In this document: positions 12,429 to 24,989 of the stretch, piece after piece | Position numbering within the stretch: position 1 is the first letter of the stretch | How the letters are laid out: each line of letters starts with the position of its first letter | NCBI GenBank assembly: GCA_030704615.1 | Contig: CM060732.1 | Span: forward strand, 7,502,001 to 7,566,000 | Reading direction: 5' to 3' | Source of the DNA: Takakia lepidozioides | Taxonomy: Eukaryota; Plantae; Bryophyta | DNA length: 64,000 bases | Position numbers and translations under genes: made by a program | The notes under the pieces: generated by a model | What the model was told of the DNA's origin: nothing | Database searches by the model: none | Seen by the model: only the letters and a program-made list of their open reading frames with translations

Positions 12429-15400
12429 ATGGGAAGTTGCGCTGGAGAAGGGGTAAGTCCAGTAGCAGTGAAAGAGGGTGTGGCACTCCTTCGTCGCAGG
12501 CTGTGCGGAAATTCTAGCAATAATCTCCATTCTCTGCCATTGCTCCCTGACGCAGACCGTCATCGCAGGTAAGCTTGCTTCCCTGCAGGTTATATTCCCA
12601 ATTGGATCTGGACTGACTGAGGTGACCAGCCTACAATCAACGCAGATTAATATTATGCTAGTTTGTCACGAACATCTCTTATGTATGATTGGTCTGGCTA
12701 ACTGTAGGTCAAGCAAAGACCGGGGTGTTGTGGAAACCCTCTTTCGATCAATGCTTGTTTGCATGCCCTGTAGATTGGTTGTGCTGGGATAGTAAGGCTT
12801 GCTTGTCTGTGTTAACTCGACCTATCATCCTTGATTGCATCTGGTCACTTCGAATTTGAACAACTGCTTATACTTCTAAAATTTGATACCCGCGACTTTT
12901 ACATTCTAGCTGCACTTATGTTGTCTCCTCTTGAGATCATGACTGTCCAGAAACTCTCCCTCTCTTAGACAACAGCTTTTGGCGGGGCATTCGGATGATC
13001 TTTCTGGGTTAGCTTTACAACTATTGCTAGTGCAATCGTGCAGGCAGTTGCAAGATCTCTTGACGCAAACCATTGAACACGGATACAACAACTCTGCCCT
13101 GCTCCTTGGCCCTCGAGGCTGCGGTAAATCCACGGTAGCCCCCTCCCCTCCCCCAAGCCTGTGTCTTAATGTAATTATCAATGGACAGAGTGACTTGCTT
13201 CTGTTCAGAATTTTCCCATGTATCCACAAGTCTCTGTCAGTCCCAGCTCCTTCATCGCTCGACCAAAGTTTTTGTAAGCCATTACTTCTATTCGTCTTGT
13301 GGATATGAGCTTCATATTTCTTAGCTTTCGTGAATGATGGGAAAAGAAGAATAGGAATGGAAGTTCACCCTGAATCTTAATAATCAGCTGTGTGCAAGCC
13401 GCCATGCCCCACTAGATTGGGGAGGTATGGATTTGGTGAGAAATGCAAAGAATGAACAGCATGGCAGCTTTCTTGGATGAGTAAATTCAAATAACACTAC
13501 TGTGTCTGAGGCCCGAAGAGTGTGAGCTCTCTAGTCAATTTCTGGCTCGTCTTCCCCTGTTGTTCTTGATGGTCACCTGACGTGGATTTTATTTATACAG
13601 GTTCTAGGGCGAGTGTTGACAGACCTCCAATCTCATTTTCCAGACAGAGTATCTCCTGTAACGTTCCCCCCCCCCCCCCCCCATTTTGCACCCAATTTAG
13701 AGTGCTACTACCATTGTCCCAGATTGTAATGTGTACATATGGTCTTCTCGGGCCAGGGGAGGGAAAGGGCATATTGTCATCTGACTAGGATGCTTGTGAC
13801 TGAGATCTACCACTATTGATATATTCAGGATTAGATAGTTTGCAACATATGTGGAGGACTCTAAAGAGCCATACGGACAAAGAGAAAACAGACCTCAAAA
13901 ATGAAAGAAGCACTACATGCATCTTCTCCGTTTGTTTCATAATCATCAATTGTCCTTCCTTTACAGGTCCTGCTTAATGGTCTACTGCATGCTGACGACA
14001 AATGTGCCCTGAAGGTTTGTTCTTCTTCATGCTTATGTGAAATTGTCATGTCTACCTATGGCTTGTCCGGGCAAGTATGCGTGGCATCAGTCCATGCATG
14101 TCAGGCGGTAGCTGTGCAGGATGATTGTGGAAGATTATGTGAGTGTCCATGCCAAGTCTCAGCAATACCCCATTGTTTGCATTTATAATTTAGTGATGGC
14201 ACTTTGTGTGGCTTTATAAGATTCTGTCAGGGCATATTTAGTGTAGGATCACACCGGCCTTTGAAACTCTTAGTTCTCTTGATCCCTTCCTTCATGTTGT
14301 CGTCTTCTGATTTGTTCCACACTCTTCTCCATAAGCTCTTCTGGCTGCCTATGACTGTTAGACATGGCTGGATGAAGGCGTTGTAAAGTGATGTGCTCTG
14401 GTGCATTGCTATCATGATTGGGAACTTCATGATGACATTCGGGAGGGAAAGGCCTCTGTCTCATCAGATGGTTGACATAAATTAGGCTTAGCATATACGG
14501 ACTGCCAGGAGGGACAGAAGGTGTTGATGGCAGCCTTGGTTGCGTTGCAGGAGATTGCAAAGCAGCTTTGCATGGACCACCATCTTCTTTTCTCTAGCAC
14601 GGTAACCACATTGTTTCATAGATAGGCTTCTGCAAGAGAACGAATGAAATGAAATGAGACAGTTCAGTGTTTTGTGGATGGGCCAGTGCAGTTCTTGAAA
14701 TCTGTATCTTAAGAGTTTGTTAAGAGTATGTGCCAGTATATGGGATCATGATAGGGGCTCCACATCAGAAAGACTTGAGCTTGTATTGACTTGTCTGTCT
14801 CACTGTCTAAACAAGCAAAGCTTGGCTTACTTTTGGGCTTCCCAAGCTTGCAAATGATGTTAGCATAAAGATAAATGGTAGCTCAGTGCTGCGTACTTCA
14901 CATTTGTCAATTTATCTACCAGTATAGACAGAGTGAGTATATGTGTAAGTCTGGATTTGGTGGCGGGAAGCAGGCATCATTTGATGAAAACTTGCAATTT
15001 TTGGCGACCATGCTCAAGTAAGAATTTCCTTTATTACTGTTCTGTCCATTTCACAGCATGCTCTGACAGAAGAAACCACGGATAGTTGCTACACAACAGT
15101 CTTGTCCCATGTAGCTTAACTGCTCATGAAGTTCATATTCAAATCTACATCCAAATCTACTTGACTTTGCAACAATTTTAATGTTGATGCCTAAGTGCTG
15201 ACTCAGTTGTATAGATCTGAAAAATTGGATCATTTCCCAAGTACTTTCAATCCTAAGCAGACATGAGCTCACTCAATTTTCTTGGTTGATATCAGAGCCG
15301 TTGGTTGTCTAACATGACAACTCCAGGTGCCACCATGGCGTGCTCAATGGCTGGCCTAGCTGGCAGCTCCATCAACCTTCAGTTCAGTGTCCAGGGCTTA

Positions 15401-18400
15401 CATAACCTACTTCGCTGCAGGTTTAAGGTTTAGGATTTAGACCTGACTACCTTGGTAGTGATATGTTCTTTTGGGTGCAGGGAGTGTGCATTGTCTCAGA
15501 GAACAGTCATCTTTGTACTTGATGAGTTTGACCTCTTTGCCCAGGTATTTACATTCTGGTGTGAGAGACAGAAAGAAATGAAGTAGAAACACTTCAGGAA
15601 AAAGAAAAACCTGAAGATTGTATGGGAGAGACAGAGACGATATATCTTGATGCCAGCTTAATGCAGCATTGTCTCGATTTGATTTCTAGCTATATTCTGC
15701 ATCAGCTAAGGGTGATGTTGACATTGGGTCCTACATCAAACTAAGAGTTGGATGTGGTGATTGTGCAGAAGTTGTCCTGTCTTAATTTAGTCTGTCAGTC
15801 ATGTCTGGGATGTCATTTATGACAAACCTGATGAGCTTTTTTGTTTGGAGACAGAGAACAAAGCAGCAACTTCTCTACACTCTGCTGGACGCTATGCAGT
15901 CATCATCCTCACAGGCGGCTGTCGTGGGCCTGAGCTGCCGCCTGGTATGCATGTTGCTTCTTGAAGCCTTGACCCTCGAAAATTCTCTACTCAACGGAAA
16001 CCATTTTTGCGCTCTTATCATTCTACAGTGCTTGCTTTTTGTACTTTCTCTGGGCTGTTATTCAGGCGAATTGGTGGAGCCTTGGAAGAATTTCTCAAGG
16101 CCAATTAGTTAGTCGTGGGCTGTGGACGAGACTAACAGGGCAGAGAGAGCTCTAGCTGGTGTTTGCAGCATTACTCATCTTGGTCCAAATGTAGACTTAT
16201 AAGTCAAGGTCTTAATTGATGCAATCTTGATGCTGGATTGATAGATCAGATAGCCCCCAATTGCAGCTGTATGATGATTGATGGAGAGGAAAGCAATGAG
16301 GTAAAAATAGTTGGGATGGCAGTTTTTCCGCGGTAATTCTGTAAACGATGTGTGCCGAATATGTTTGTGACTTGCCTTCCTGTGGCATGCTTGTTAGCTT
16401 TTATTTCATATATGTTTCAGCACAGTGATCTCCCATTCATGAGGCAGTTCAATGGTGGACCAGGACACAGATCAGTTGCTGGAAAAGCGGGTGAGGTCAC
16501 GTTTCTCTCATCGCAAACTGCTCTTCCTCCCTCCCTCATTGGAAGAGGTACAAAGGTGAGGCAATGATGTGTGCTGATAGACGTCATGCCCTGAAGGTCC
16601 AGTCTCTGTACCTGTCCATGTGACAACATCTAGGTTTCTTTTGTCATCGTGCACGTCTACGTAACTTTCTGGGCTGTCTAATACCTGTTGTTCAGTCTAA
16701 CTGTCCATCAACCTAGTCTACTTGACTTGTCATCTTAGGGATGATATGGGTGCTTCTCCCCTGGCAAGTAGAACCAATGCTTATGACGATGGAATATTCA
16801 TTTTTCTCGACATTCCAAAACATATTCATATGCTTGCAAGAACTCTGCAAATAGTGTGTACCATCAAATAGAAAGCACGGTCTTCTCCGATGGGAAATAT
16901 ATTTATCCTTACATACCCAACCACCCATTTGAATGTATATCTCAGGACTGTCATTTGATTTTCCAGTCTCAAGATCCCTCTAAGATGGTCTTTGTTTTCA
17001 TCCCCTATATCTCCCTTGTCACTCTCTCTGTGTCTGCAGACTGCTGCATGATGTGCTAATGTTGCCTGAGGACAAAAGTTTCAGCCATTCCACATATGCA
17101 AAATATTTCAATCAGAACACTACGGTATCCTTCAATTTGGGTTATGTCCTGTGGCAAGAGTATTAGTCTGACGGACGGCTATTCTGGATTCATGTCTGAT
17201 GTACGTTGTCATTGCTTGCTTAAGCGTTTGTCAATGTCTTAATACACCACTTGCTTAAGCATTTGTCAATGTCTGTACCCTTTGTATGCATATGCCTGAG
17301 ACAATCGTGATTTGCATGTATTTAGCACCAAAGACTAGCAGGAACGGTTGTGTGGTGTACGTGTTTTCTAGTATCTAGGGCGTCCATAGAGAATGTTCGT
17401 GTATTTCACCTTCTTTTGATTTCATTTCGTATCTCAATCCAACTTCAACTATTTGGCTGCCTCCTATCTCTCTTCAGGGTCAAAATCACCTCCATATAGT
17501 AGCACTACATAGTTGCAATTGCTTTGCTTGTCAGAGAGGACAATATTGTAATGGACATGAGTCCAGCACAGTTTGTGGGGATCTGAGCTGATTTAGGTAC
17601 AACATGGTTTGCTCACCTTAACCAGACACAACAGAAAGTGTTGGAGCAGGAAAGCATACAAGTGCTCATCAAAGAATTCACTGCTGCGGATCTGAGCCCC
17701 CGCCGAATACTAGACTTTGCGTATGTGTTGGCCTGCCGATTCTTGATCTTGGATCTATTTTCTCTTCTCTTCTTTCTTTCTCTTCTCCTGCTCATCCTCT
17801 TTGTGGCACATTCATGTCACTTGGAGCTGGATGTTTTGGTTCTATTGTAGAGTTCAAGGACCGTTATGAGTTGCCTCAAGAAGTTGCTTGTAAGGCCAGT
17901 TGGTGTGTTTACAATTTGGAAGTCCAGGATTAGGCAGGTCGTGTTGACTGTGGCAGCTCTGAGAAGTGAAATTTACGGGCGTTCGGTTGGAATACAACTT
18001 CTTTTGTGTCAATTTCTCCTATTCAGGTTCAGAGCACTGTGCAACCTCAATCGTGAACTTGGCCTCCTGTCAACAGCCAATTTCAAGGCAGCTAGCACTG
18101 CCCTTCAACGCCAGCCAAAACTGGAAGCCTTGCAGAGTAGGCCCTATCGACCCTGGGTGCAGTATTCACATCTGATAATGATGTAACTATTATTCAATTC
18201 TTTGTAGAACTCTTATGGGGAGAACACCTCCTGTTTCAGTCACAATCAAGTGAAATAGTTGGAGAGTGAATGAAGCAGATGCATCCGTGTTGGAGCTGTA
18301 TTTGCTGGTGTCCATGAAACGGCTGGAGGGAAAGGAGCACGAGACTTACAACTTCAATGCTGTCTTCAAAGGTAAGCAGTGGAAACATGGTCTCACACCC

Positions 18401-20147
18401 TTTGGTGCTGAGAGTAGAGATTCGATGCATGCAAAATGTGACAACGGCATGGCCAAGTGAAACCTTCTGTAGAAGCAGGGCCCCAAAAACTGTTGTCTAC
18501 TGCTAGGTCCTCGAGAGAAAAGGCCTGCTGCAGTGCCTGTCCCCTATAACCCCCTCTTATTCTTAAGAATGTGCCTCTTTTACTTACTACAACCGTTGTC
18601 TCCACATGGAAGGATAATTGAACTGATGAAGTGGCTGCAGAATATGAGCAGCTTCAAGAGGCGCATAGAACTAGTGATCATTACTCCCGCCCAGTTTGTC
18701 TGAGGGTAAGTTTTTCATGAGTGAGCCCTTGCCTCTGTCAATTAGTCCTCTCTTCATCATGTCCATGAATTTCATTCAATTTGCATGGCCATTGTTGGCT
18801 GATGTGGCGTGGGTTTGTCGGCTTCTGGCATAATTTTTGCAGTTGCAGGTTGTTATGCTAGTAGTCTGCAGTCCCACTTCCTGAGTAAGGTGGTACAAGC
18901 AGAATTTTCCAAGCAAATCTGAAGTATTGGTTGTATGTATGATCTGTTTTCTATGTAGAAAGTAGTCAAGAGAAGGTTGTGCTAAACATACTGTGGGAAG
19001 GTTTGGGGCGGTGCTTTTTAGGCATTTGAGCACTTGTTGGACAGAGAGTTGATTGCTTTTGCTGACAGCAGAGGGCGGGGCAACGCCATCGAGTTTCGAG
19101 CTGCGGAGCTTCTTATAGCTAGCCATGAGCTCCACGAGGGCCTCAAGAGCAATCCTGTGTGCCCGGTACTGCTCTATCTCAACTGTTCTTTGGTTTCTGT
19201 GGTTCTACTGTGTTGTTATACCGGTGTCCCTTGGGCTTCTGCAGAGATCATAGAAAAAAATTTCTATGTTTTCTTTATCTCTACTGTGGTGAGCGTATTA
19301 TATATCTTGGTATTGTCCAAATCTGCCATGTGAAGAGCCAGTCCCGCACAAGGCTTTGAAGGCGCAGCAGCTACAAGCTAGCAAATTCCACAATTTCGGT
19401 TGTAAACTGTGACTACCTTATCCCATGGGTCCTTGTGGCTGGTCAATAAATTTCTCTCTCTCTCTTGAAGTCTCACTACTGGAGTGAGCCCATCACATAG
19501 GTTGTCTGTTCCCTCTTGTTCCCCCCAAACTGGGCGCGGGGACTATGGCCACAAGGCTACGGCATATGTCTTATGAGTACATTCTCTCCCTCACAAGGTT
19601 TCCTCGGATGAAAGATTCCCTGCAGCATATCTACACAAGGCTCTCCACCTTAGAGGATCACTGGATGTTGATTGTAAATTTATAGTTCTAGTGGCTAGTT
19701 ATTGGGGTCCTGCTTTTCTGTCTTGTCATCCTTCTTCCAATGTCCCATAAGCTCCTTTGAGATACCTGTGGAGGTTTAAGTTTCGCACCATACGATGGGC
19801 CCATGAGGGCCCCTGTGGACCTTTATAGAGTTCCTTTCTCCTCTCACGTACTACTAAAGTACCATTCACTATCTGAGAAGTAGGGAGGGAATCAATCACT
19901 TGAGACGTTGAATTTATCACAATCCCATGTTGGGTGCCGTCGGTACACCCGATCCTATGCTGCAATTGTCCTTCTCTCAATTCTCTCTTTTGTTGTACAC
20001 TTCTCTTATGTGCTGCAAAGGTCCCAACAGTTCTTCCAGACTTACTTTAATGTAAATTGTTGGCACCGTAGTCGTCTTAATTAAGTGTGTTCCCTGTGGG
20101 TGCAGACAACCCTCTACCAGTGGTTTTCACACGAGGCTTTCCAGTAG
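12429..20147 (+). CDS. ORC4: Origin recognition complex subunit 4 (AAA+), 16 coding exons
   Basis: Exons 12429-12568, 13044-13134, 13601-13657, 13967-14014, 14551-14601, 14974-15017, 15481-15544, 15855-15944, 16464-16555, 17040-17124, 17635-17720, 18027-18136, 18279-18371, 18641-18705, 19022-19165, 20106-20147. Walker A GPRGCGKS, Walker B VLDEFD, LLEKRVRSRFSHR, SVLELYLLV. The last exon (TTLYQWFSHEAFQ*) is slightly less certain. Confidence 0.95.
19466..19581 (+). mobile_element. ~115-bp 3'-terminal copy of the KDSA-intron LINE family, in the last ORC4 intron
   Basis: Aligns to ~3500-3620 (caaactgggcgcgggg..atggccacaaggctacggca..gtcttatgagtaca). Flanked by ttctctctctc / ttctctccctc. Confidence 0.88.
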
Positions 20148-21747
20148 GTGTGGAACTGGGAGTGATCCACCAGTTTGAAGTCAGATTCTCTGCCTCCAGT
20201 CTAGGAGCTACCTGTGGGTGGCCACATCTGAAGTGCAGTAGGCTGGAAGGACACGACATTGGTGAGCCGTGTTGAAATGCATCCAATGTCACCTAGTCTA
20301 TGAAGTTTGTCCTTGGAATCTCAAAGTGAATACTACTCGGAACATCAGAAGCTGGGCATCATTGATGGTGTGGATTTGGGCCGTGTTAGGAAAACACCAG
20401 AGTTTGAATTCGAAATCTTTCAGTTTGCACCAGGCCCCATACCTGCCTGGAGTCTCATCTCAGGTAAGAATTGGTATAAAACCCACCACATATAGTAGCC
20501 GGGATGTTTATGTAATATTCACTGGAAAGTGCATGTAGCTGCCTGTACTTCCCGCATTTGAAATGTTGTGAGGGGAAGGGGGTCCTCTGTGCCCAGACAT
20601 TTAGTGGTCAGGCTGGCACCAATTCTGTCACCGGTTTTTTGAGCTCAGGGTGTCAAGCTATGACAGAATATTACAGAAAGAGTTTGCGAGCAGGAACAAT
20701 AACCCTCCCAGCCAGATCATATTTATATGGCACTCTCCATAGATCTGGTCGTTCTTATAACACAGCCCAAGTATGAGCTCCCGAAGCATGTACATTTAGA
20801 GCCTTCGTTGACAACACTTCTCAACACCTGATATTTTTGAAAGCAGAAGTGCAGCTTGCTTCCTACAGATAGGAATCAAACTGACAAGGCTGTCTTTCAA
20901 CTGGGACTGCTGTAAGAGGTATGCATATTGGACCCATATGGCTCTCTTCACCTGGTTGTCTGCAGTCTCGAGAGACAGTGTTGCGCCTGTATCTTCTGAA
21001 GCAAGCGGTACAGTACAGGAACATGCGATGGATCCTCATTGTAACGCCAACTAGCCTGTGGAAAACAGAAGACACAAGGCAGATGGCATTCTTGTGAGGA
21101 GCGCTTGAACTTCGAAACAGGCAAGCCCCAACCCGAATTCCCCGTGCTGCAGCTCACTATTCAGCTTGCCAAGCATATCCAATATAGACTACACCTGGGA
21201 TAGTCACTGCCAGTCTCATGCTTGGTAATGACAGGTAACAACCACAGCATGAGACTTGCATGGGTGCGTGCGTCTCCCTTTGTGTAGATGATGCGTTGCT
21301 GATACGCCAGTCTAGTCTAGGGTGATGACGACGACTGGCGAAGGAAGACGAATGGTACTCTGGGGCTCGCCTGGGTAGATGCTAGACGATGGTTTCGTTT
21401 TGTAACCAGATGTCAAATAGCATGTATCACATGCCGCGCACATGCCCCCACCTGACACGCCTCTTGAGGTAATCACTCCAGGTATCAGCAAGATGATTGA
21501 TTCGCAAACTACTTACTCACCGAGTAGTTTCTCGGACGGGTTTGTCTTATTCGTCAAACAAAAGCGAAGTATATCGCTCTGACCTTCACATCCATTACCT
21601 GAATTGACGAAGAGACAAAACAACTAAACCAATGAAACTGCCAGCAGCATTGTACAGAAAGCAACCAGCAGCGGGCAGAGTCGTATAAATTCAAGCACCA
21701 GCTTTCTTAACCCGGGATCAACTGATTGTTGTGATACAAGTATTATA

Positions 21748-23343
21748 CAGTGTTGTTTTTTGACAGGTAGCCCTACCTTTTTTGTGAACGGTTATTTTTT
21801 TTGTTGACTTTCACTGTGACAGACAACTTTGAGAAAATGCCTTTGAGAAAATGCCTTTCACATGACCGGTTGACAAATTTTTGACCTTTCACACAATTTT
21901 GTCATATGAAATTAAAACGAAAAATGAAAAGAAGTGTGAACTACAATTAGTGAAGCTCCAGTCCGCGAATACATACGGTATTGTCTTTACTATTTTCATG
22001 GGTTCCAACCCAAACATGTAGCATTCGTACCACTTATTCTCTAACTATAAGACTTTAGCATTTTTAACCTCTTCATACGAAGCCCCAAGCCTCTCTTCTT
22101 TGAGAGATATTTTCTTGGCTTATCAATGAGCTAGGAAATACAACATGCCAGATGATTGTAAGTTTGTAAGTAAAGATTTAGTTTTCCCATATCATCTTCG
22201 TTTTTTAGACTCCTACTTTCCCCCCTTAGGGTGTTCGCCTTTCGACACGCTTTTACGGCCTTCTTAGGGTTATTTTTTCCTCCCTCTGTTCTGCTTTATA
22301 CGTACCTTTTTTGATAAAGTACCCAGGGCCACTGTCCACTGTTCTCTTAAATTTAAAAATAAATAAAATCATGCAGGATGGCCGCGTCAAATTAGGTGCA
22401 GTTGTTTGAATATGGCACCTCCTCCACAACAAATGCTTTTGAAATAGGATCAGGAGATGGACTCAAGAAGAATTTTTTTGGCACTGAGGCTGCGGGTACC
22501 CCTGTAAGGGAGAACAAGTCAAACAGGCACTACATGTTTTGAACCAGCAATTCATTTTGGCCGCCAGACTCCAATACTTAATTGTGCATTTTACAAGGGT
22601 GTATCAAGAGTGAAGACCCTAAACGGGAAGCAAGTGCATGCCCACATTATCCAAAATGGATTCGAGCCAAATATCCGAACTTCCATTTAAGCAGACTTGC
22701 ACTAGCACATGAGGCTTTGAGCCTTTGAGCAGAGTTGCTGATCTTGGACAAGATTAGTCATATTTGTCAATGGATTGTATCCATGTGAGAGAGTTGTGCT
22801 AGGCTTTGCAATATGCAGTGTCGTTGTTACTTAGAAAAAAATTATGTCCCTTGTCGCTCCCACAAACCGAACACTACGTGAGTTGAGTTCGCATAAAACT
22901 CATCAAACATTCTTGACAGTAGCCACCGGTTCGAGATCACATGCCAGAGAAGAGAATCGCCAATTGATCTTCCTCATAGGCCAGCCAGCAGCCAACGTGG
23001 CTCAAGTTCTTAAATGAAAAAAAACCGCTGGCTGGCAGTGCCTCAGTGAGGCTCCCCTAGGTGAAACTAGTAAGATTAATAATAACTACTAACAATTTGT
23101 ACCTTTTTTAGCCTCTCCTTAGGTGGACTTACTAATAAAATTGCTAATAACTATCAGTGATCTCTGGTAGATTCTCTATTCACAACTTTAACCTTTCAGG
23201 CTTTGTGAGCCTCTCCTAGGTGGACTTAGTAATAAAATTACCCCTAATTATCTGAAATTTCTGCCTTTCTTTTGACAGGATCATTTTTTTTTTGCCTTTT
23301 TTGCCTGTCAAATGCCTTGTGACAGGTGCAAAAATCAGCATTG
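21748..23343. mobile_element. Possible non-autonomous hAT-like DNA element
   Basis: Imperfect TIR: cagtgttgttttttg vs reverse complement caatgctgatttttg. TGACA(G) motifs cluster near both ends. No clean TSD. Confidence 0.35.
22518..22675 (+). pseudogene. Decayed fragment of a PLS-class PPR protein
   Basis: Frameshifted reading VKQALHVLNQQ / PPDSNT*LCILQGCIKSED / GKQVHAHIIQNGFEPNI matches the first L-motif of PLS PPR proteins. Confidence 0.7.
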
Positions 23344-23723
23344 GATACAACCGGATCATTCCAGTCACCGCAGCTTCATGATTCCCAAAGATACTATTTT
23401 ATTGCCTGAACTACAATCTCCACCAGTCGCAACCTTTGGCCCCTAATCAAGTCACCCGCTGCCGCAAAGCGTGGGAGCTGCGAAAATCATTTGCCCCGAG
23501 ACCCATTACTTAGCTGGACTACCCTCAACGACACCAGCTGTGCCTAATCCAACATGGCTTGCTTCCAATACAAACCCAATAATGTATAATAATCCCCCGA
23601 GATGCCCCATACAATGCGTATTCCTCGCTACCACAGCCTTCCCTTGCTGTTCCCAACCCTTGTTCGCCCTTCTCTTCCCTCTCCCTCCAATTTTCTATTC
23701 CACTTTTTGGGGGCTTCGGTATA

Positions 23724-23830
23724 GGGTAATGCCCTGAGTGGAGGGCATTCCCAGATTTAAGGGCCAGATGCCGAGGGCGGTAGCCCGAGGGATCGCAAAT
23801 CCGGGAATGCCCGACTCCAGGGGCATTACC
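23724..23830. mobile_element. MITE family 1, copy 1 (~105 bp)
   Basis: TIR ggtaatgccc / gggcattacc plus internal gggcattccc.gattt / aaatccgggaatgccc. Homologous to 38184-38287 in inverted orientation. Confidence 0.85.
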
Positions 23831-23876
23831 GTGCGTAAAGAACTGCCACAAAATTTAAAAATAATAATTTAATGAC

Positions 23877-23947
23877 CGGTGCATTCTGCATTTCGGAATG
23901 CACTCAGGGGAGCTGATGGGGTGCATTCCAAAATGCAGAATGCACCG
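23877..23947. repeat. 71-bp near-perfect hairpin / mini-MITE
   Basis: cggtgcattctgcatttcggaatgcac pairs with gtgcattccaaaatgcagaatgcaccg (26/27). Confidence 0.85.
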
Positions 23948-24670
23948 CGCTGAATTCTGCTTTTTAACCGCACGATAGATACAAAGAAAATTTTGTGGCA
24001 GTGCTGAGAATGATATGAGAAATTTGAGGGGTGAGACAGATGGGTGGAGAGGGCAGAAAAGGCGGTGGTGGTGGTGGTGTGGAGCAAAGTGGGAGGGAGC
24101 AGACAGCAGCAGAGAGAGATCGGCGAATGGTCGCAAGTTGATGAGGAGTATTTAGTACGAGGGGGATAAAATCGCCCAAATTAGGGGGGCATGCCTAACG
24201 GGTCGCTTGCCCGTGCATGCATGCCTGCACGCGTCATGCGCTGGCGCCACGCCACGGCATCCCATGGCCATGGCCATGGAGCGGCCTGCCCGCCCGCGCA
24301 CGTGCGGGAGGGTGGGCAGCCGGCAAGCCCCGCGCCATGCGGTCGCCACAGCGGGGAGGCTATCCGAAGGTTGTCCGGGGCCGCCCGCTGCCCGTGGCCG
24401 CGGGCGGGGCAGCCCGGTCGCCTGGCTGGTTGGGGCGTGGCGCGGTCTGCGGCGGGGCCAACAGCGGCAGCAGCGCGGCTGCAACAGTGGGAGGGGGTGG
24501 GTGCCGGCTTGCGCACAGATTGCTGGAAGGGCGCTTTGCATCGGTGCATGCAAACACGGGGCGGGATTAGCAGGAGGAGCAAGGGTGGTCGGGAAGGAGG
24601 GTGTGGTGTGTGGGAGGCGAGCAAGGGGGGTGCTGGGGGGGTGGGGCTGAGGAGGTGTTGAGAAAGAGAA

Positions 24671-24701
24671 GGGGGGGGGGGGGGGTGGTGGTGTGGGTGG
24701 T

Positions 24702-24732
<31 letters not shown>
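24671..24732 (+). repeat. Poly-G tract (G15 and G31 separated by GT/GGT units) upstream of the DRB coding exon
   Basis: Directly visible. Exact run lengths may be unreliable in the assembly. Confidence 0.9.
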
Positions 24733-24733
<1 letters not shown>

Positions 24734-24989
24734 GTGGATTGGATGGATTGTACATGGTGGCAGAGACAGGTAGGTGGGCTGCTCATGTGGTGAAGGCTGC
24801 ACCTCATTTAGGTGCCGTTCTTCTGGCCCAGAGGTGAGTGGCTGTGGTGTTGAAGTTGGGTGCTTGGATGTAAGATGAGGCCTGAGGCCCCAATGTGGAA
24901 TGAAGGGCGGGGTGGGAAGAGGGGGGTGAGGGGATGCAGTTGAAGCTGACAGTGGGGATGTTGGCATGTTGTTGGGATATGTCACAGGT

